Source: Chiloscyllium plagiosum (lineage: Eukaryota). From it: a DNA stretch of 42,035 bases. A program made the translations under genes and the position numbers. The notes under the pieces are model-generated. The model made no database searches. It was not told where the DNA came from and saw nothing but the letters and a program-made list of their open reading frames with translations. The stretch lies in contig NC_057718.1 of NCBI RefSeq assembly GCF_004010195.1, positions 26,217,506 through 26,259,540 on the forward strand. The letters are read 5' to 3'. Below are positions 35,166 through 42,035 of this stretch, in pieces. Positions within the stretch are counted from its first letter, which is position 1. Every line of letters begins with the position of its first letter.

Positions 35166-35580
35166 TTCTGAAGGCTTCTGTCTAATTGGCATGAATTCTA
35201 GTCGATGTATTTGCGAATTTGATTTGGCTTTGAATTGCTCCTCGAAAGTTGTCTGTATCTTTTGGAGATCCTTTCCCTCTGATTGGTAGTGCTAGTGTGT
35301 TAGGTCTATGTAAACCTTCATCTCAAATATGAAGCAAATCGTAACAGTTTACTTTTCTGTGTTGAACACACCTGAATCTAGGAACCATAGCTCTAGATGC
35401 TGTTTAAGCATATTATATTATGTTAAGTTGTCTGCTGTACCCTAATTGAAAGTGGAGAATTTTGTGGACATTCTGACAATATGCCTTCTGAAGGCTTCTG
35501 TCTAATTGGCATGAATTCTAGTCCATGTATTTGCAAATTTGATTTGGCTTTGAATTGCTCCTCGAAAGTTGCCTGTATCT
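35166..35580 (+). repeat. 95-bp direct repeat pair (35166-35260 and 35486-35580)
   Basis: TTCTGAAGGCTTCTGTCTAATTGGC...AAAGTTG[T/C]CTGTATCT occurs twice with 3 mismatches, separated by a 225-bp spacer. Confidence 0.92.
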
Positions 35581-35757
35581 GAGTGCTATTAATCTGGCGC
35601 AAACTCTGATCTGTTGCGTTTCTCAAGTGAGTTAGCGCTGGCCTCTCAATGAGGATTTACCAGCTAAACCAGTAAGCTGTGTTTTCAACACATCTCAAAG
35701 CTGTAGTGATTAAAGGCTTTGAAATTGTCTCATGCACTTTAGTATGATTTAAGACTA

Positions 35758-35868
35758 GCAGAAAGTGAGGACTGCAGATGCTGGTGATCAGAGTTGAAAA
35801 GTGTGGTGCTGGAAGAGCTCAGCAGGTCAGGCAGCATCCAAAGAGCAGGAGAATTGATGCTATGGGCT
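35758..35868 (-). mobile_element. Short Penelope-derived element, copy 4 (truncated within the hammerhead motif)
   Basis: GAAAGTGAGGACTGCAGATGCTGG..CAGCAGGTCAGGCAGCATCCAAAGAGCAGGAGAATTGATG is the reverse complement of copies 1-3. Confidence 0.78.
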
Positions 35869-38194
35869 ATGTATTTCACCTGTAGATTAACTAGTTTTCT
35901 GACTATTCAAGCACAATAGGCCTCATTGGGACAATATTTTCCACTACTGTCAGCCATGAGATGTTAATGATAATGGTCTAGTTATCAAGCCTGGAAGTGA
36001 AATTTGGAAACTCAGCCGCTCAGAAAGAAAAAATGGTAGAATGTGCGCATGATACATTGTGGTCCAACTCGTCTTGTATGTCTCAAAATGAAGCTCCAGA
36101 ATGACGAGTACATTCGTTTCCAGATATGATGTCTGTTTCCTGGTGTTTCCCTCTGGGAGAGGTAAAATCTGAGTCAGGTTGTTGCTGAGAACTCCTCAGT
36201 GCTGGCTACTGATATCATTCATGGTCAGACCATTGTAAGCTGCCAGATCAGGCAGGGTGATGGAAGGCAGTGGGTAGCTTAAAACATACCAGATGACCAT
36301 TCCTGACACGATGCAGTTCTGGTCTTGGATTTGATCCCTGCATTGGTGTAACAAACCTAGAATGAAAATTTAATTCCTGGTGACTGAGCAGAGAGGTGCC
36401 TTGGTGTTCAAGCTTCAAGCTACTAAACAAAACAATTTAAGATGGCCCACATCCATTTCAATTAATAGCAGGGGTAAACTGAGGCTTAGCCATGTGTTTA
36501 ACTCTACATGTACTTAGATGCCTGGTATATGGAAATACAAAATGTCCATCTAGCACCTTGTATGATTCTTAGAGCTGTACAATTGCAAATACCTCCTATC
36601 AAAGCCAAGAATGCAGCTTCTTTAGCTCTTTGCTGGATGTGAAGAATATGGAACAATTTGGCAAGCACACCCTCTGTAGAGTGAAACTTTATTGTAGAAA
36701 CTTCAAAACTACTCCCCTGCGTAAAAACTGAGGGCACAGAAGAAGAGGCGAAGGATATCTGAAACTACATTGGTGTAAAATGTGTTTGTGGCAAATTCAG
36801 AGACAAAATTTAAAAGTGTTTGACTTCCACCCCATGCCAGCAAAACTGGAAATGATAAGTTCATCCAGATTTATAAAATCATAAATTGAACATCTTGCCT
36901 GTCACATCTGTTGGTGCAAACAGTTCTTGACTGACCTCCAGTATCTATAGTCAGTACGAAAACAATTCTGTAATTCAGAAGGTGAATATCACATTAAAGA
37001 AAAATGAATTGAGTCTAATGATCAAACTGTACAGCTGGCTTGTGCATAAAGATGTAAATAAGGCAATGCTCAAAATGCTCAGTGAATGACTTATGGGTTC
37101 CAGATGAAGAGTGTTATGGCTCAGTGCTCTTGACCTTCTCATAAGTTTCGGTTGATCAACACTTCTTTTTCTTTTCTCTGTTAGGGCCAAATGCCTGGTT
37201 AGTAAAAGTTACTTTTCTCCCTGGCCTATTGGCTAAAAATTCCCCCCACCTCCTCCATGCTTTTCCCATCCCTTATCTCTGCCTAGAAAAGCCTGGGAAT
37301 ACCATGTTGGTTCCCTGGAGAATCCCGATGTAATTCAAGTGCTTCAATGTAGGCACTTAACTGGTCAGCTTTAGGCCTTCCGTGCAATCAGGACCCCTGA
37401 GGGGTGGAACCCTTTCCCTCAAGAGCACCCATGGCCATACTTCCCCTCCTATGTCTTATGGTCTTATTAAGAGATAACTACTATTGGTAATGCTCCAGGG
37501 CTCAGTCTGGAATTTGGCATTGATTCCCCAGACAAAGGGAAGTGATCTGGGCTGAGGATTGCCAGGAAGAAGGCACCAGAGAGCTGACGGTAACAGAGAC
37601 TAGAGGTAAGACAGGCAGTCACTTTCTTGTCACTACATACCTTCATCTGATACTGATTGCCTGTCACTGTGACCTCCCCTACATTGCAAGGCCACAGGCA
37701 AGGTCAAAGGCTTTGCTGGGTGACCTTCAGGAGACACCGAGAGCCAGTACTGAGTAGGCTCAGGGATCATTGGCAGCAAGAGCTAGCAGGCAGGATTCCC
37801 ACATCCAGCCTAACCCTCCACTAGTTAATTGGAGCAGTTTCACTAACAGTATCTGATTGCTTTGCCAATCCTCCCAATGTGTCCACTGCAGTAAGCTCCA
37901 TAAAATTGAGCCTATTATTTGTGGCAAGAGAGATATGAGGAAAGAAATGAATTTAATCCCACACCTCCATATGTGAAACCAGCCACAATGAGCATTTTTT
38001 TGTGAATAATATGAGAGTGCCTGCCTTTTATGGTTTAAACAGTCCTTTCGGGAAACAGTCTCAGCTTAGTACCTCTCCACAGTGAAACAGCTGACATTAA
38101 TAATAAAATATATGTATACATGTAGGAAGTGGTTTGCATTTCTTAGCTGTGCTACACTTGAGTGTTCAAATGCAACCTTCATGTACCTTGTTGA

Positions 38195-38600
38195 CTCATG
38201 ATGCATTAAATGATTTGAGTGCAACAAATAGCTCAGTTCTAGAGTTTGCAGATGATACCAAAACTGCAAGAAGACATTAGAAAGCTACCAACTGAATTGT
38301 AAATAAACTTTGCAGAGTCTCTGAATAACAGAATTGTTATAATGCAGATGGAGGTCATTTCACCCATCATATCTATACTGTCTCTTCAAATGAGCATCAC
38401 TACCTAGTGCCAACCTCCTGCCTTTTCCATATATTCTTGCAAACTATTTCTGTCCAAATAATCATCCTATGCCCTCTTAAATGGCTCAATTTAAGTTACC
38501 TTCACCAGATTTCCAGGCAGTGCTTTCCACTCTTACTGTATGGAAAAGATTTTTCTCATATCACCCTCACTTCCTTTGCACATCACCATCTCATTTGCGT
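38195..38600. mobile_element. Small old CR1 fragments (RT FADD piece on +, 3' end on -)
   Basis: + strand NDLSATNSSVLEFADDTK at ~38208-38262. ~38325-38600 resembles the reverse complement of a CR1 3' end. Confidence 0.55.
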
Positions 38601-39569
38601 TCATTCTCCAAGTGAGAACAGCTACTCCCATGGACCTGTTTGTATGGTAGCAGGGAACGTAGCTTTCAGGACCTCACCGCAATGCAGTAAAAAGACTGGC
38701 CCATCCCAGACAAGGAAGTGACAGTCTTTGGCTGAGCCCCAAACGTCCACAGCTTTTCAAGGTCACAGCCATTTGAAAATATCCTGAAGCTCAGCTGTCT
38801 TCCAATTTCCATGCTGATGCTGCTCAGGATATAATTTATAAGAGCACGAGGACAGGTGAATACTCACATCAGGGGTTACACATCAGTAACTCTTAACAGT
38901 TCTTGTTAAAAAATGTACACAGTTTAAATTGTGAGGAATGCAGAGGCCTGTATTTCAAAGCAGCTCTAAGCACTGCATGCAATGGGCGTGTTGCTTGGAC
39001 ATGCTGTTTCCCTTCTTGATGATATTTCTGTTGGCATCGTAATTGTTGTTGTAGACTCTGTGTATGCCTGTTGCTTAGTAGCAGGAGGTATTGGTGATAT
39101 GTGAAGGGCATTCCTTGTTTCACAGTGGCTAGTCTGTGACATTGGCATCTTGACTGGACTAAAGTTGGCATGGGGTCTAGTGTTGAATGGATGGATGATG
39201 TCCGTTGCCAGGGCATCAGGCACAGACTTGCATGTTGCACCGCCTATTGTCGTAAACAAGCTGGTTGCTGAAGGGGTGGAACCCCTGTACACTCAGGAAG
39301 ATGCCAAGATGGTAATGGAAAGCACCTGTGTGTATTCAGAGACTTGGATCAATGGGAAGCCTACAATCTGTGCAAAGGCAAGTGCCCTCTTGTCCTGTGT
39401 TACTCTGCTTATTGTAAATATGTTGTTAGTGTACCTCCCATATAAGAAGCCTCAGAAATCTCACAGCAAATTAGAAGGATTCTATTGCATGAAGTTTTAG
39501 GGCCACAGTAACCTTGACAACCAGAGATAGTGTCATGCCTGTTGCAGATTTGAGTTGTTGCTGTGAAAA

Positions 39570-39760
39570 GTGATGCCACACTTTAGTAATATCTCCAAAT
39601 GATTCTCCTCAAGCCTGGGAACAGAAGGTAATGAGCTGGCATCCCATTTGGTGAAGGCAGCTAGGACAGAGGTGTCTCTGGAGGTCAGTGCCCAACGAAG
39701 CCTGAAGAGATCCTGGCTCCAGTGTCACAAGGATTGGAATGATTGTGCACTCCGCTGGTG
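39570..39760 (+). mobile_element. Second PIF/Harbinger Myb/SANT-like relic
   Basis: MPHFSNIS upstream, then from 39651 VKAARTEVSLEVSAQRSLKRSWLQCHKDWND (R.W.QC.K.W.D trihelix motif). Confidence 0.6.
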
Positions 39761-40627
39761 TTCTACCAGTGTCCACTCAATACTTCATGCCCCAATAAAC
39801 ATCAGTTAGCATTGTAATGTTGCCATTGCTAAGGACCGTCACACAAACGATTGGGTGCCTGGCACCTTCATCAGGCAGTCAACATCTGTCACTATATTGC
39901 AACTACCAGTATAGCACTACTGGCAGCACAGTGCCATTGTTTCTTTCATAGGCTTCATACTTAAAACATATGGGGAACGAGAACACTCATTAGCTCATAT
40001 ACCATCAGCTCACTGACCTTTCATCACAAGTTGGAGGGCTTGTACATCTGATCGCTTTTCCCCAAATGCTTAAATGGGACAATGGCACAATTGTGAAGGC
40101 TGAATTTAGGATGAAAACTCATGGGCATCTCAGGCAAAAAACATTATATATTCCTTTATTGGTTTCCATCAACTGCAGTTCTTTGATGAAACTGAACTGC
40201 CTTTCATTCAAAACATTTAACTCCTAACGTGCTCCATGCCACATTCTTCTTATTAACAATGTACGTGGAAAATCACAGCTCTCGAGATTGACATCACAAT
40301 TTGTACCAATCATTGTAGGCTTCTCGCGCACCTACCCATGCAAAAGTCTCTGAATGCTTCTCTCCTGCAAGAGTTGAATGTGTACAATAAACACAAGCAT
40401 TCCCTGATAGGGGTTGTGAGGGGAGGGGGATTTGCCTGTCATAAGGCTCCTGACCTTATGGTTTGAGGAATTGGCCAGTAAGCTGGCAGGCAAGCAAAGG
40501 GAACATGCCTATGCTGAAGGGAAGATTGTACATCAGTGGTTATCTGGTAAAAAGCCTCCAAACTGCTACTCCCCAATGCACATTAAACACCAGTCTTAAT
40601 GAAATCTTGCATCAGGGTAGAAATTCG

Positions 40628-40790
40628 AAATAACCATAGATACTGGAAATCAGAATCCAAAACTAAAACAGAAATTGCTGGAAAAACTCAGCAGGTCAGG
40701 CAACATCTGTGGCCAGAAATCAGAATGAACATTTTGGGTCTCGTGACCCTTCTTCATAAGTGAAGAACAGAAGAGTTCTGAAGAAGTATC
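40628..40790 (-). mobile_element. Penelope-derived terminal fragment
   Basis: AAAACAGAAATTGCTGGAAAAACTCAGCAGGTCAGGCAACATCTGTGG..AACATTTTGGGTCTCGTGACCCTTCTTCA, whose reverse complement is a decayed hammerhead-like TGAAGAAGGGTC..GACCCAAAATGTT. Confidence 0.7.
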
Positions 40791-41059
40791 ATTTACAAAT
40801 TCATATGTTTTCTACATAATTTCTGGTTCACACTCCTGAAACAGGACAAAAAAAAAAGCCCCAGCATAGACCAATCTCTAACAACCATTTAAACCACACC
40901 TCTAACAAGAGAGGTGGTGCAGGAGGGAGGGCTTTACATTCTTGGTCTGGATGAAATGGGACCTGTACAAGCTGCACAGGTTACGTTTGTGGGGTGATGT
41001 CCTAGTGTTGTTGAGGAGGATTTAAACAAACACATCTGGAATGTAGAAACAGGGAGAGA

Positions 41060-41510
41060 ATATTAGAAAGTAATACTAGGGTACACGAAATGCAGTTGGC
41101 ATTGGTACACAACAGGCTGATAGAACTTAAATAGAGATTGGAAAAGGGAGAAAGGATTTAAATAAATCAGGGTTCCACTACACGTATGTGAGTAAGATTG
41201 GAGAATTTCAGGCACAGATTGCCTGGTGGGATTATGTTGTCATGGCAGCAATGGAAGATCTGAATGTTAAATATTTCTGGTTACAAGGTATTCATAAAGT
41301 GTAGGAAAGGATATAAAGCAGAAAAGGTGATGATTTTGGTTAAGGAAAGCATTGCAGTACAGGAGAAAAAGAATGCTTCAGAAGGATCAAGGACGGAATC
41401 AATTTAGTTCAAGCTAATAATTAAGAAAGCTATAAATGCATTGTTCACTTTAATATATAGACCACCAACAAGAATATAGAGGAACAAATCTACAAGGAAA
41501 TTGAAAATGA
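41060..41510 (+). mobile_element. Old degenerate CR1 APE-region fragment
   Basis: KIGEFQAQIAWWDYVVMA..LNISGYKVF..MILVKESI..ESI..IYRPP, a decayed APE N-terminus. Confidence 0.6.
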
Positions 41511-41559
41511 GCTTCCAAAAGGCATTCAATACAAGTGCCACACAAGAGACTTGTGAGAA

Positions 41560-42035
41560 AAGACCATAAGACCATAAGACATAGGAGTGGAAGTAAGGCC
41601 ATTCGGCCCATCAAGTCCACTCCGCCATTCAATCATGGCTGATGGGCATTTCAACTCCACTTACCCGCATTCTCCTCGTAACCCTTAATTCCTTGTGACA
41701 TCAAGAATTTATCAATTTCTGCCTTGAAGACATTTAGCGTCCCAGCCTCCACTGCACTCTGTGGCAATGAATTCCACAGGCCCACCACTCTCTGGCTGAA
41801 GAAATCTCTCCGCATTTCTGTTCTGAATTTACCCCCTCTAATTCGAAGGCTGTGTCCACAGATCCTAGTCTCCTCGCCTAACGGAAACAATTTCCTAGCA
41901 TCCACCCTTTCCAAGCCATGTATTATCTTGTAAGTTTCTATAAGATCTCCCCTTAATCTTCTAAACTCCAACGAATACAATCCCAGTATCCTCAGCCGTT
42001 CCTCATATGTTAAACCTACCATTCCAGGGATCATC
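41560..42035 (-). mobile_element. CR1 LINE 3' end (same subfamily as the 22402 end), runs off the window
   Basis: ORF 41651..42034 MIPGMVGLTYEERLRILGLYSLEFRRLRGDLIETYKI...; tail (AAGACCAT)n at 41561-41583. Confidence 0.93.

Noticed and set aside
35166..35580. CRISPR-like array or LTR pair
   Set aside because: Vertebrate context with only two 95-bp units; no TG..CA termini, PBS or PPT seen.
38893..39500. Overlapping ORFs of 108-116 aa
   Set aside because: No recognisable domain or convincing exon structure; probably decayed TE or chance.
21163..42035. Next ALK/LTK exon (FWLQ..DNISISLDC equivalent)
   Set aside because: Not found by eye. DNI-like hits near 33410, 35475 and 35930 lack matching context. 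It probably lies beyond the window; the gap is inside a LINE so is unlikely to hide it. TBLASTN would settle this.

Overview
Eukaryotic, vertebrate genomic DNA. The repeat content (HE1/V-SINEs, CR1/HER1-type LINEs, a Deu-domain SINE, Penelope-like elements) points to a shark or other elasmobranch. The window lies inside one large + strand gene. It holds three short coding exons (3209-3358, 13950-14050, 20993-21162) that splice in frame to most of the second MAM domain of an ALK/LTK-family receptor tyrosine kinase, best matching ALK exons 7-9. The middle exon appears to use a non-canonical GC donor. The rest is intron filled with decayed transposable elements: many CR1 fragments including a near full-length CR1 with a second CR1 nested in its ORF1, three HE1 SINEs, other tRNA/Deu SINEs, a Penelope GIY-YIG fragment, a family of ~130-bp TSD-flanked Penelope-derived elements that begin at a minimal hammerhead-ribozyme motif, a poly(A)/TSD retro-insertion and PIF/Harbinger Myb/SANT relics. 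An assembly gap covers 26378-27159. Most ORFs in the supplied track are TE fragments or spurious. All calls come from reading the sequence by eye and from recalled family features; no search was run, and TE boundaries are approximate.
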